Shown here: piece after piece, positions 27,061-39,824 of the stretch
How the letters are laid out: the number at the start of each line of letters is the position of its first letter
Numbering within the stretch: the stretch's first letter is position 1
Source of the DNA: Octopus vulgaris
Taxonomy: Eukaryota
Reading direction: 5' to 3'
Assembly (NCBI GenBank): GCA_951406725.2
Contig: OX597817.1
Coordinates: forward strand, 118,048,001-118,112,000
DNA length: 64,000 bases
Translations under genes and position numbers: made by a program
Notes under the pieces: generated by a model
The model's database searches: none
Seen by the model: only the letters and a program-made list of their open reading frames with translations
What the model was told of the DNA's origin: nothing

Positions 27061-27483
27061 ATACCATTATATACCAATAATAATTATTACCTATGTTTTT
27101 CTCCATGCTGATCACTTGACCTAATAGTTATTATAAATAATGGGCTTATATACATATACACACACGCATTTATAATTTAATATAATGCACATAACACATA
27201 CACTCACAAACGCTCAGTCGCAATCACACACGCACACACACATTTGCATATATAAATTTAAGTATTATCTGCCAAAGTTCTTCTGCTAATACATATCGAT
27301 TGAGATAAGGGAGAGGAATCGATTTTAATTATTGGTAATTCATTGTAGGAGACTAATCATTGGTATGCAATACGATATTCGTTTGGAAAGCCTAGTGTGG
27401 AAATATCTAATTCACCTTGTGCCAATACGAAATATGCAAACTGATCTGCATGTGCAAATAATACACCTTATTTAGGTTGGGTT

Positions 27484-27549
<66 letters not shown>

Positions 27550-27606
27550 AAAAAATGAAGTTCGAAAATGCTGCTATATTATACAATTTTTAATTTTTAT
27601 ATATAC

Positions 27607-27650
27607 ATTATAACATGTTTCAGTTCCTGAAATGAACCTTATCAAAAAAA
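27607..27650 (-). ncRNA. Candidate minimal hammerhead (U3:A8 variant) in the 3' repeat of element 1
   Basis: TTGATAA GGTTC atttcag GAACT GAAA CATG TT, in sense orientation relative to the ORF. Confidence 0.55.
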
Positions 27651-27989
27651 GTTATATATAAAAAAAGACAGCTCATGCCGTCAAACACAAGAAATTCATT
27701 TATAATACACAACGGAGTCAGACATCTTAGAGTTCATGTATAGTTGATATATAGTTTGAAGTAAGTTCATTCATGCTATATGTTCAAAGTGTTCGATGCA
27801 GTGGCCCACGGTGGTGATACGTATTCAATACAAAAAACACATCAAAGTGGTGGAAAGCAGTCAATACAGAAGATTGATGTTTCCGAAAGAGCGAGGAATT
27901 CATTTTTACCTTAAGCAATTGTGATGACCCATGGTGAGTGTTCGCTGGGTGGTTCTAGTGAGTCTTGTGAAGTGATCGGTTTTATAATG

Positions 27990-28360
27990 CCTGTTAGGTG
28001 GTCAGTCCAGCGTAGCGTGACGTCATCAATGTTTTGACCAATCGTTTCGTTAGGTGGCTTTAGTCAAGCAGAACGAGACGTCATCATCATTTTGACCAAT
28101 CGCTGCATTATAACTGCCTCTTGTTTGTTTCCTGTTTTGACCAGTCGCTTCGTTAGTCAAGCAGAACGGGACGTCATCCAGATTCTGCCCAATCACGACT
28201 TATAGCTACATTAGATCTGCCCCCTGTCTGTACTTGTTAGGTGACTAGTCAAGCAGAAAAGGACGTCATCAATATTCTGACTAATGACTATCCCCTGTTT
28301 GTATTCTGTCCATTCTAGCAGAACTAGACGTCATCAACTTGTTGACCAATCAGAATCGGG
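27990..28360. promoter_or_regulatory. Tandem ~55-60 bp subrepeats with CCAAT and CRE-like (GACGTCA) motifs in the Penelope 3' repeat
   Basis: About five units of tagtcaagcagaacgggacgtcatcaat..tgaccaatc; perfect TGACGTCA at ~28018 and ~9288. Confidence 0.5.
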
Positions 28361-28520
28361 TCTGACCCATAGCTGTATCGTATGTATCAGGGTCAGATTT
28401 GCACGAAATAATTTTTTTCCCTTTTTTACTAAGGCATATTTTCGTCAGAGCGAGTGTCTGTTTAAGGTAGCGGCCGTGGTGGAATTTTGCTTCTCCTTTT
28501 CGGAGGACTTATCTTTTGTT

Positions 28521-30812
28521 TTAGTATTCCTGGCCCAGGGTGTTTAGACTTGGTCTAAATGTTTTTATGAAATATAGTTCTTTATTTTGGCGTTGTGTGA
28601 AGGTTGCGTTGTCACTGAATTTATAGAGCGGGTTAGTTGTAAATTTCGGATTTACATTTCCAGCACATCTATCTATGTGTCCGCTGACCAGTATTTTGCG
28701 GTAATCAGGGTTTCTAATTTGTGATTTATGCACCGCCATCCTGTTACGTAAGCTATTTTTTGTATGGCCTATATACTGCCTATTGCAGCCTGCGCATGTT
28801 ATGACGTAAATTAAGTTTTCTGATGCGCAGGTGAAGTTTGTTCTAATGGTGAACTGGTGGCCTTGTTCCAGTATAAATTCTGATCCTTCTTTCAAGATGA
28901 CACAGATTCCGCAGTTGGGCCTTCCACATTTTCTAACTGCTGGTTTTGTGGTTGATGTCGAGTGCAGTGTAGCTTGGGTTAAATCCTTTTCAAGGATTTT
29001 GGTTGCCGTTTACTTTTAATGATGATGTGTGTTTCGAGGATCCGGTCCATCTTTGGGTCTCCTTTTAGTAGGGCTGTGCTTTGTAGTATGGTGTTGAAGG
29101 CCTCATTGTTGAGTGGGTTGTGTGTAGAGATGTAGGGAAGGGTTTTTAGTTGTTCTTTTTTTTTTGTTTTGTTTGTCTCAGGTCTTCTATACTTAATTTA
29201 AGTACCCGTTGGATTGCACTGTCTATTAGGGGCTGTGGATAGTTTCTATTTGTGAGTGTGGTTCTAAGTTCCTGGAGACGTGTGTGTCGGGTGTTTGTGT
29301 CTGATATTATGGTGCAAATCCTTCTAGCTAAACAAAAATGGACATTCATTCTAGTGTGTCGTGGGTGGCATGAATCAAAGGGTAGGTACTGTTTAGAGTC
29401 TGTCGGTTTATAGTAGATATCTGTCTCTATTTTGTTGCCGGTTTTCTTAATGAGGATGTCTAAAAATGGTAATTCTTTTTCGTTGTGGTCCATCGTGAAT
29501 TGTATATTGTCATTTATTCCATTTAATAGTATTTTAAATTCCTCAAGTTTCTCTATACCTTTGTCCCAGATGATGAAACAGTCATCGAGGTATCTTTTCC
29601 AGTTGTTATGGATATAGGTGGCGAAGGTGTTACCATATTTCTCGAGTGTTATCCGGTATAGTATTTTCTCGAGGTATCCCATCACTAGGTTGGCAAAAGA
29701 TGGTGCAGTACGCGTGCCCATTGCTGTTCCCGGTCTTTGCCTGTAGAAATCATTGTCAAAAATAAAATAATTGTTCTCTAAAATGAATCTAAGTCCTTCT
29801 ATTATAAGGTCTTTGTTTATGCGAGTTGGGAGTTCAAAGGGGTAGTTATTCAGCCAGAAGGTGATCGCTTCTATTCCTAGGTTGTGAGGGATGTTAGAAT
29901 AAAGATTAACTACGTCGAATGATACTAGAAGGGTTTTCTCATTGACTGTTTTAGGGAGGTGGTTGAGCATATTATATCGTCTCTTACGTAGCTTTTGATG
30001 TGTTTTAGGAAAGGTTTAAGAAGTGTGTCTAAGAAATTGCTGAGACGGTGAGTTTCACATGCTGGCCCTGCTATTATCGGTCTTAGTTTAAGATCATTTG
30101 GTGAAGGGATTTTGATGAGTGTGTCGGTGGATGTTTTGCACGTTTCTCTAATGGTTTGGCTTTTGTGTACCTTAGGGATACCATAGAACAAACTCGATTT
30201 GCATTTGAAGTTAGTGATGTATTCATACTCCTTGTTCGTGAGTCCTTCTTGGTATGGGTTGATTAATGTCCTAAGGTTATGCATTATTTTTTGCTGGTTA
30301 TACTGTTGGGCCCTTTCATAATAAGTTTCATCTCTTAATAGGGATAGCACTAAATTTTTATAATCGTTTGTATTCATTATTACTATCGCGTTGCCCTTAT
30401 CTGCCTCCTTAATTGTTATTGTTTTGTCTTCTCTTAGTTTGATAAGGTCGTTCCATTCTCTTTTGTTGAAGTTAGGGCTGTGTTTTTGTTTCTTGATGAA
30501 TTGAAACGGGAAATTAGTTTAGTCACAATAGCGGTCTAAGGCTTTATTCTTTCCCTTGGTGGGGGTGTAATTGCTCTTGTTTCTAGCTATTGAGTCCTCC
30601 TCTACCTGTTTGTCTTGAAATGCCTCGGTGAGTCTTAGTTTTCTGCAAAATTCCGAAATATCATCTTTCATTTCATAGTAATTAGAACGTTGTGGGGTGG
30701 GTGTAACTTTAAGTCCTTTGGAGAGTATGCTTATTTCGTTAGGTGTAAGTTCTTTGTTTGAGAGTTTGATTATCTTAATTACCTGAGGTTTCTTTTGTTT
30801 GTCCTTTGCCAT
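28521..30812 (-). pseudogene. RT + GIY-YIG endonuclease ORF of Penelope-like element 1, broken by several frameshifts
   Basis: Conserved PLE motifs distributed over successive frames. Confidence 0.92.
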
Positions 30813-30962
30813 CGTGTGTCCCTGTTCCTGTGTGTAAGGTCTAAAAAATGGTTGGTGTAGTTATGTTCAAAGCTATTATTTATCTGTCTCATGTTGTTAT
30901 AATTGTCAGAGTGAGTTTGTGGTGCTCTGTTCTGGAGTCTGTTGTTGAACCTAGTGTTCCGT

Positions 30963-31012
<50 letters not shown>

Positions 31013-31336
31013 CGTATATGATAGCAGGAAGCATGATGAATATGAAATACATACTCCTACATGCAAACATATATATGAATGATAACTATTCTGCCTATAT
31101 GTCTGTGCACACCTTTCAATGCTATGCATGCTATAAAGTGTACAAATCTAACGGAAATCGCAAAACTTTTAATATCCACAAAGATCAGAAATTAACTGCA
31201 GCTCTTCGTAGTTCAAATCTGATAGTGAATCTATGTGAGTAAAGGGTACATCGGACACCTTGATGGATCTAAGGTGTAGAGTAGATACATGAGGTGGTCA
31301 GACTCTACCATAATGAGTAGACAACGACCATGCATA

Positions 31337-31372
<36 letters not shown>

Positions 31373-31788
31373 GGGGGGGTATGTATATATATATATGTGT
31401 GTATGTGGAGAAGGTAGTTGAGTTTAACCCTGGGCGTTAACAGCGGCAGACGAGGTGTAAGCTTGTCTGCATCAACATCCGAAATCGCGATCCGTCCATA
31501 AACGCTTGGTGTTTGCCTCCTTTTGTCAGTCATTAAGTCAGTGGTTTTGCGACTTTTGAGTTGTTTTAACTCTTTATTTTAGCAAAAGTGGGGATGGTCA
31601 ATACGCTCTGCCACATCTGAAACCTCTATTAATTTTGCCTTTAGCTTCTAATTGCTAATAAACCATCCCATTTAAATTGTAAATATGTATATATTCATAT
31701 ATAAAGATGTGTGAATATATATGTATATATATATGTATATATATATACATATATATATGTATATATATATATATATATGTATGTATTT

Positions 31789-31822
<34 letters not shown>

Positions 31823-31852
31823 CTATATATATATACTTATATATTTATATAC

Positions 31853-31895
<43 letters not shown>

Positions 31896-32024
31896 TAAAA
31901 AGAATTCCAACCTTGTCTGATTTTCACGTTTTATTTACAATCTTATAATGATATATTATAAGATAATATATTATAATTGAATAAAATAAAATGAAATAGT
32001 AGAATGTTAAATATTCATTCTGAT

Positions 32025-32069
32025 TGAACTAGTACTTTCATGCATTGAATTCTGCAATCTTCGGGTTCA
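32025..32069 (-). ncRNA. Minimal hammerhead candidate, mirror copy
   Basis: Reverse complement of 35410-35454. Confidence 0.7.
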
Positions 32070-32563
32070 TGTAGTAGTGTTGACAGTCATGCTTCACAAT
32101 TTTTGACTGTAGCAAGATGAGTGATTCTGTGCTATAAATACAGCTGGGTAGGCTCCAGAGTGCTAGGTTTTGCAAACTGTATTCTGACCAATCAGTGTGT
32201 AGTATCACTCAATTACTTAAGCTGATTGGTTGGTTGAGCTGATTGGTTTAGGCATCACGCTTTGTTGGACAGGTCAAGAGTCCTGTATCTTGACCCTGGC
32301 CGAAGCAGCAATTGTTGGGTTATTTTTAGAAATGTTGTAAATATCCTTTGTCAGAGATTTTTATATTTTTATATTTCAATTGTCATCATCATCATTGTCA
32401 GCACCTTAATTATTGTTGCTAGTGGTGATGGTGGTGGCAATAGAACTTTTAACCCTAAATAAGATAATTTTCCTGCTATCTTCGTCTTGATCACCTTTAG
32501 TATTGTTGTTGTTGTTAGTGGTCATGGTCGTAGCAGTGGAAGTAATACCTCTAAGTATTATTA

Positions 32564-33653
32564 TTATTGCTTATTTAGCTTGGGTTCGAATTTATCAATA
32601 AAATTCTTTTCTCTGATTTTCCTCTCGATTTCACTTGGGCTGTGTAATTTGTAGAATGGAAATATTATATATATTTTCCGACCACATGTTGCTAGGTGGT
32701 TACTCAAAGGTATCTGACGGACCTCTGGGTCTCTAATCTGTTGCCGGTGTACACGTGAGCGTTCTAATAGTGCGTTTCCCGTCTGACCTACATATATTTC
32801 TTCACAATTTGGGCATTTGATGCAGTAAATTAAATTTCTGCTTTTGCAGTTCATATTCGCGTTTGTGAATATTTTCCCGGTTTTTGTGTTTATATATTGA
32901 CCGGTATGTATGAATTGGCATGTGCCACATCGGCTATCATTGCATTTAGATACCGTGAATGTTTGGTCTTTGTTGCTGAGGTCAAATTTTGCCTTTGTTA
33001 GTAATGTTTTCAAGTTTTTAGGCTGTCTTTTACTAAGCACCATAGCTCGATCCTTGATTATGTCTTTTAATTCATTACTTTGGGCAATGATTGGAAGGTT
33101 TGCTTTGGCAATGTTGAAGATATTCTGGTGACATGGGTTGTGTGTCACTATGAATGGTATGACTTGTTCTTGTTTTCCTCTTCCTTGGGTCGTCCTAAGT
33201 TGTTGTATAGGTATTTTTATAGCCCGCTGTATGCCATTTTCTATAAGTAGAGATGGGTATTTTTGTTTGAGCAAAAATTCTCTTAGTTCTATTAGGCGTT
33301 TGTTCCTGATATTTGCATCTTCTACAATAGTACAAATTCTTCTGGCTAGGCAGTATGGGATGTTACGTTTTGTATGTGGTGGATGGCACGACATAAAATT
33401 TAGGTATTGATGTGTGTCTGTGTGTTTATAGTATATATCTGTGGTGATGGTGGTGTCTTTTTAATTACCATTATATCCAGGAATGGTAATTTGGTACTAC
33501 TCATCTCCTTTGTAAATTTGAGAGATGGGTGTAGGTTGTTCAGGAGGATATTGAACTCTTCCAGAGTATTTAGAGATTCTGTCCAGATTATGAAACAGTC
33601 GTCTAGGTATCTCTTCCATGCCTTTTCAATATACTTTCTAAATACAGTGCCAT
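32564..33653 (-). pseudogene. Mirror copy of the PLE RT-thumb/GIY-YIG coding region
   Basis: Peptide matches the C-terminal part of the + strand ORF. Confidence 0.9.
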
Positions 33654-34915
33654 TTATATTAGACACAGTCAAACTTATTCTAGAAAATAACACATTCTTC
33701 TTCAATGGAAAGAATTACATCCAAATTAGAGGCACGGCGATGGGAACGAGGTTTGCTCCCGTTTACGCCAACTCTGTAATGGGATACTTAGAAGAACAAC
33801 TCTACCAAGAGGTGGAGGTAAACTATGGCACTGGATTTAGAAAGTATATTGAAAAGGCATGGAGGAGATACCTAGACGACTGTTTCATAATCTGGACAGA
33901 ATCTCTAAATACTCTGGAAGAGTTCAATATCCTCCTGAACAACCTACACCCATCTCTCAAATTTACAAAGGAGATGAGTAGTACCAAATTACCATTCCTG
34001 GATATAATGGTAATTAAAAAAGACACCACCATCACCACAGATATATACTATAAACACACAGACACACATCAATACCTAAATTTTAAGTCGTGCCATCCAC
34101 CACATACAAAACGTAACATCCCATACTGCCTAGCCAGAAGAATTTGTACTATTGTAGAAGATGCAAATATCAGGAACAAACGCCTAATAGAACTAAGAGA
34201 ATTTTTGCTCAAACAAAAATACCCATCTCTACTTATAGAAAATGGCATACAGCGGGCTATAAAAATACCTATACAACAACTTAGGACAACCCAAGGAAGA
34301 GGAAAACAAGAACAAGTCATACCATTCATAGTGACACACAACCCATGTCACCAGAATATCTTCAACATTGCCAAAGCAAACCTTCCAATCATTGCCCAAA
34401 GTAATGAATTAAAAGACATAATCAAGGATCGAGCTATGGTGCTTAGTAAAAGACAGCCTAAAAACTTGAAAACATTACTAACAAAGGCAAAATTTGACCT
34501 CAGCAACAAAGACCAAACATTCACGGTATCTAAATGCAATGATAGCCGATGTGGCACATGCCAATTCATACATACCGGTCAATATATAAACACAAAAACC
34601 GGGAAAATATTCACAAACGCGAATATGAACTGCAAAAGCAGAAATTTAATTTACTGCATCAAATGCCCAAATTGTGAAGAAATATATGTAGGTCAGACGG
34701 GAAACGCACTATTAGAACGCTCACGTGTACACCGGCAACAGATTAGAGACCCAGAGGTCCGTCAGATACCTTTGAGTAACCACCTAGCAACATGTGGTCG
34801 GAAAATATATATAATATTTCCATTCTACAAATTACACAGCCCAAGTGAAATCGAGAGGAAAATCAGAGAAAAGAATTTTATTGATAAATTCGAACCCAAG
34901 CTAAATAAGCAATAA
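33654..34915 (+). CDS. 5'-truncated but uninterrupted PLE polyprotein (RT C-terminal half, thumb, Cys linker, GIY-YIG)
   Basis: GTAMGTRFAPVYAN, RYLDD, LPFLD, YLNFKSCHP, CNDSRCGTC, LIYCIKCPNCEEIYVGQT. The first ~80 aa of ORF 33407-34915 are antisense read-through of the inverted arm. Confidence 0.9.
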
Positions 34916-35409
34916 TAATAATACTTAGAGGTATTACTTCCACTGCTACGACCATGACCACTAACAACAACAACAATACTAAAGGTGATCAAGACGAAGA
35001 TAGCAGGAAAATTATCTTATTTAGGGTTAAAAGTTCTATTGCCACCACCATCACCACTAGCAACAATAATTAAGGTGCTGACAATGATGATGATGACAAT
35101 TGAAATATAAAAATATAAAAATCTCTGACAAAGGATATTTACAACATTTCTAAAAATAACCCAACAATTGCTGCTTCGGCCAGGGTCAAGATACAGGACT
35201 CTTGACCTGTCCAACAAAGCGTGATGCCTAAACCAATCAGCTCAACCAACCAATCAGCTTAAGTAATTGAGTGATACTACACACTGATTGGTCAGAATAC
35301 AGTTTGCAAAACCTAGCACTCTGGAGCCTACCCAGCTGTATTTATAGCACAGAATCACTCATCTTGCTACAGTCAAAAATTGTGAAGCATGACTGTCAAC
35401 ACTACTACA

Positions 35410-35454
35410 TGAACCCGAAGATTGCAGAATTCAATGCATGAAAGTACTAGTTCA
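35410..35454 (+). ncRNA. Minimal type I hammerhead candidate in the 3' repeat of element 2 (CCGAAGA core)
   Basis: TGAAC CCGAAGA tTGCA gaattcaa TGCAt GAAA GTAC TA GTTCA: 5-bp stem I, 1-bp stem III with palindromic GTAC loop, the form described for PLE hammerheads. Confidence 0.75.
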
Positions 35455-35616
35455 ATAAGAATGAATATTTAACATTCTACTATTTCATTTTATTTTATTC
35501 AATTATAATATATTATCTTATAATATATCATTATAAGATTGTAAATAAAACGTGAAAATCAGACAAGGTTGGAATTCTTTTTATTAATATATTCTTCTAT
35601 ACACAATCACACACAC

Positions 35617-35655
<39 letters not shown>

Positions 35656-35658
35656 TAT

Positions 35659-35737
<79 letters not shown>

Positions 35738-35740
<3 letters not shown>

Positions 35741-35880
35741 CAAAATTGGACAAGAACGCAAAACATCCGGTCAGTTAGGTGATACTAAAATGAGACAACA
35801 ATACATCCGTATAGACGAGACAAAGAAACCAAAGACGGGTCTTTCGAAGTTTTCTTTCCTCAGTCGAGTACCAGATTCTG
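35738..35880 (-). mobile_element. Short (TA)n-anchored fragment with a hammerhead-like core
   Basis: Minus strand CTGAGGA AAG aaaa CTT c GAAA GACCCG TC (~35833-35865); stem I poor. Confidence 0.35.
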
Positions 35881-36400
35881 CAATGATATTCCTAATGAAC
35901 CATGTTTGTAAATGAAATATTTAACTATAGATTTGCGTGGAATTAAAAATTTTTGTAGCTAAACACTGTCAGAAATCTTGATTTATGACTTGTTATTTTC
36001 CAGAAATATTGTATAGCGCTATAATAGTTATATGCACAGTAAAAAGCAATTTATTATGGTATTGAGAGTATTCTACACAAGGTATTTAGATATATTTATG
36101 TGTCTTCCGCCAAAGCCACTTCCCCGGCTAATGAACCTAGCAAGTGTTTTGGGCTCGTAGTTATAAGTTCTGTAAACGCACTATTTATTAAACCACTTGT
36201 GTTAAGGGCATAATTCATTTATAAAGATAGAGTGTTTTCCTATAATGTAATACAACACCATGTACCATATTCACGCTCGAATCTTGCGGTGTGTATTAAG
36301 AATGGATTAGTGTAAATTTATACGGTGTAAACCAATATACTGTATATTAGTTTTCCGTCAGATGAGTCATAAATTATATACAGATACTGAAAATCCTTGG

Positions 36401-36431
<31 letters not shown>

Positions 36432-36456
36432 ATAATAAATATATATATATATATAG

Positions 36457-36628
<172 letters not shown>

Positions 36629-39600
36629 AAAAAGTAAAATAATCAAAGAACTGAAAACCACAGAGCTCAAAATGGACCACCGACCATACCTCCCAAGAAT
36701 CAAAATAGACAAAACAACAACACCAATTATAAACAGCATAAACCTAGCCGTCACGGAACTAATAGCCACTGAAACAAAAAGCGATATCACTGAGCTAAAT
36801 GACTTAATATACGCAGCAGCCACTGCAGCCACAAAATAAGCTAGATACTCACTCAAACCCATCCAAACAGGATTACGACCACCCAAACAAAACCTGTGGA
36901 TGAATAACATCCAAAACAAAATACAAAAAATGAGAAAAGATCTGTCGATTCTTAATGAAACCGGCAGACAATCGACGCTACTGCGCAACAAAAAGAAAAC
37001 AAAAATAATCCGCAAATATAACATCACAGAAAAAGATTTACCTAAGATAAAAGAAAAGCTGAAGCAAAATATCCTTGCCAAAGCACAAAGGATCTGCTGG
37101 TACGAGAAACGCCAGCGCTTCTTTGAACAAAACAAAAACTTCAACTCCAATCCCAATAATTTCTACCAAGAACTTGGCAAAAATAAAATAGAAATCACTG
37201 CAGCACCAACGGCAGAAGTGGAAGAATTCTGGAGAGAAATATGGTCGGCGAACGAACAACCAAAAAAAAAAAGGAGTATCAAAATAACAAACTGGGCATC
37301 TGAACAACTTTGGACCCCCCCACAACAACTGAAGAGGTCACCCGGGCACTGCAAAGACTAAGCAACTGGAAGGCATCTGGGCATCACAAGATCCCCAACT
37401 TCTGGTTGAAATATCTAACAGGAATGCACAAAAAGCTGGCTGAAAACTTTAACAACGTACTAGCAGAGCCAGAGGCAATGCCTGAATGGCTCACGAAAGG
37501 GAAAACCATCTTAATTCCCAAATCCAATGAGACAGCAAAACCAGAAAACTATAGACCAATAACCTGTCTCCCTACAATGTTCAAGGCATTTACTGCAGTG
37601 ATATCGCAAAGGTTGAACAAGCACCTGGACGAAAACAAACTTTCCCAGAAGAGCAGAAAGGATGCCGCAAAGGCTCATATGGTTGTAAAGATCAACTAAT
37701 GATTAATAAAGCTATAACTGAAGACAGCCACAGAAAGACGAAAGGCTTCAGTATAGCCTGGATTGACTACAAAAAGGCGTTTGATAGCCTCCCCAACACA
37801 TGGATCCTCGAAACACTAGCCATTAACAAAGTAGCACCAACAATCATAAAATTCATATGAATAAATGGCAAACAGTGCTACAGCTCCAAACAAAAGAGGG
37901 ACTCATGAAAACCAAAGACATCCCCATTAGAAGAGGAATATTCCAGGGAGACACGCTCTCTCCACTCCTTTTTCTGCTTGGCACTGTCACCCCTATCTGA
38001 TATGCTAAATAGAACTGGATGCGGATATAAATGTTACGGAAAAACGATCACCCACCTTTTATATATGGATGACCTAAAACTATACGCTGCAAATGACAAA
38101 CAGCTGGAAACACTATTAAAGACAGTTCATGAATTTACCAAAGAAATAGATATGAAATTTGGATTAGAAAAATGCGCCAAAGTAACCCTGAAAAGAGGAA
38201 AACTAGTTAAGAGTAGCACCATCACACTAGATAAAACCAATGAAATAAAAGACTTAGACCAAAGCCAAACTTACAAATACTTAGGAATCCATGAACTAGA
38301 TAAGACACAACACACACAAATGAAAGAGAAAATAAAAAAAGAATATTATAGACGAGTTAGATCAATACTAAAAACAGAGCTCAATGCTAAAAACAAGATA
38401 ATAGGTATTAACACTTTAGCTGTCCCAGTTATAAGTTACAGCTACAATATCCTTAACTGGACACTAAATGGACTGAGCAAAATAGATAGGAAAACAAGAA
38501 AAATAATGACAGGATCTAGGATGCATCACCCAAAATCTGACATAGAAAGACTATATATACAACGTATAGAAGGTGGTGGAGGCCTTATACAACTGGAAAA
38601 CTACTATAAAATAACCACCATAGGACTGCAAAAATATCTACTTGAGAAGGAAGGAAAACTGATACAAATAGCGGCAAAACACGAGCAAAACAAAAAACTG
38701 TTCTCAGTATTTAAGGAAGCTGACAAATACAAACAAGAAATCCTACCACCTAATAAATATGAAGAAGAAGAAGAAGAAGTAGAAGAAGAAGAAGAAGAAG
38801 AAGAAGAAGAAGAAGAAGAAGAAGAAGAAGATGAAGAAACAACGAAAGCTATAAAACAAATGAAATCCAAACTAAAAATAGAACAGCAACGAACCATGAT
38901 AAAACGATGGCAAGAAAAGCCCCTTCATGGTAAATACTGCACTAAACTAAACGCAAAAGAAATAGACAAAGAAAAATCCCAGCAATCGTTGAGAAGCTCA
39001 GGACTCAAAGCAGAAACAGAGGGATTTTTAATTGCAGCACAAGACCAAAGCCTCCCCACCAGAAATTACAAAAAACATGTAATGAAAAGAAATATTACAA
39101 GTAACTGCAGAATATGTGGAGATGGACAAGAAACAATAAATCATATTATCTCTAGCTGCCCAGTCCTGGCTAAGAAGGAATATATTCACAGACATGACAA
39201 TGTTGGAACCTATATACACTGGAATCTATGCCAACATTATGGAATAACAACGGAAAAAAGACGTTATAGGCACACACCAGAAAAGGTCACAGAAAACGAG
39301 AAAGCAACCATACTCTGGGATATGCCGATACACACAGATAGAGAAATTAAGGCCAACAGACCAGATATAGTTGTCAGAGACCATGTAGGAAAAAAATGCC
39401 TTCTAATTGATGTATCAATACCAGCTGATGACAACGTGTCTCTAAAAGAAATGGAGAAACTCTCAAAATACAAAGACCTGGAAATAGAGGTAACTAGAAT
39501 GTGGAATCTGAAAACAGAAACAATTCCTATCATAGTAGGTGCATTAGGCATGATAAAAATATTTTCAGACAAATACATAACAAAAACACCAGGACTTACA

Positions 39601-39769
39601 AACACATATAACATACAGAAAATTGCACTACTAGGCACTGCACACATCCTACGCAGAACACTTTCCATACAAAAACCATCAGAGCATCACAACAAATCAC
39701 AGCACATACCCAAGGCACACAGAGCTGCGCTCGGTAGTGAAGTGAAAGCACGCTATAAAAATAAAACTA

Positions 39770-39823
<54 letters not shown>
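36629..39823 (+). mobile_element. Dong/R4-clade non-LTR retrotransposon (RT + CCHC + restriction-like endonuclease) inserted in (TAA)n
   Basis: NWKASG, NYRPITCL, WIDYKKAFDS, RGIFQGDTLSPLLF, HLLYMDDLKL, YKYLG, CRICGDGQETINHIISSC, RHD, NRPDIVV..LIDVSIP..EKLSKY. (TAA)n on both sides, the known Dong target. Several frameshifts and a stop. Confidence 0.93.
38761..38832 (+). repeat. In-frame (GAA)n poly-Glu tract inside the LINE ORF
   Basis: Directly visible; frame preserved. Confidence 0.97.

Positions 39824-39824
<1 letters not shown>

Larger units (their letters stand above)
27548..30963 (-). mobile_element. Penelope-like retroelement 1 (Neptune/Naiad-type), near full length, frameshifted
   Basis: ORF pieces 30812-30519 (LSNKELTPNEISILSKGL), 30377-29925 (FYGIPKVHK, LRPII), 29970-29146 (SFDVVNLYSNIP, GTAMGT, YLDD) and ~28940-28521 (CGRPNCGIC; LIYVITCAGCNRQYIGHT, GIY-YIG). 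~970-bp 3' repeat. Both ends in (TA)n. Confidence 0.95.
31891..35589 (+). mobile_element. Penelope-like retroelement 2, 5'-truncated with a 1.76-kb inverted duplication
   Basis: 31891-33653 is the reverse complement of 33825-35589, with a ~171-bp spacer that belongs to the RT; (TA)n tracts at or near both ends. Confidence 0.97.

Noticed and set aside
27990-28360. CRISPR-like repeat array
   Set aside because: Degenerate tandem subrepeats without unique spacers, inside a eukaryotic retroelement, with no cas genes
31425-31533. Possible host first exon (minus strand, MTDKRRQTPSVYGRIAISDVDADKLTPR)
   Set aside because: GC-richer, but no recognisable homology, no clear splice donor and no partner exons; needs RNA-seq
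33407-33653. N-terminal part of the 502-aa ORF as a novel domain
   Set aside because: It is the antisense reading of the inverted RT arm
28521-34915. Selenoprotein-type (UGA-recoding) Penelope, as reported for some Naiad elements
   Set aside because: The conserved Cys positions I checked use TGT/TGC and there is no pattern of in-frame TGA
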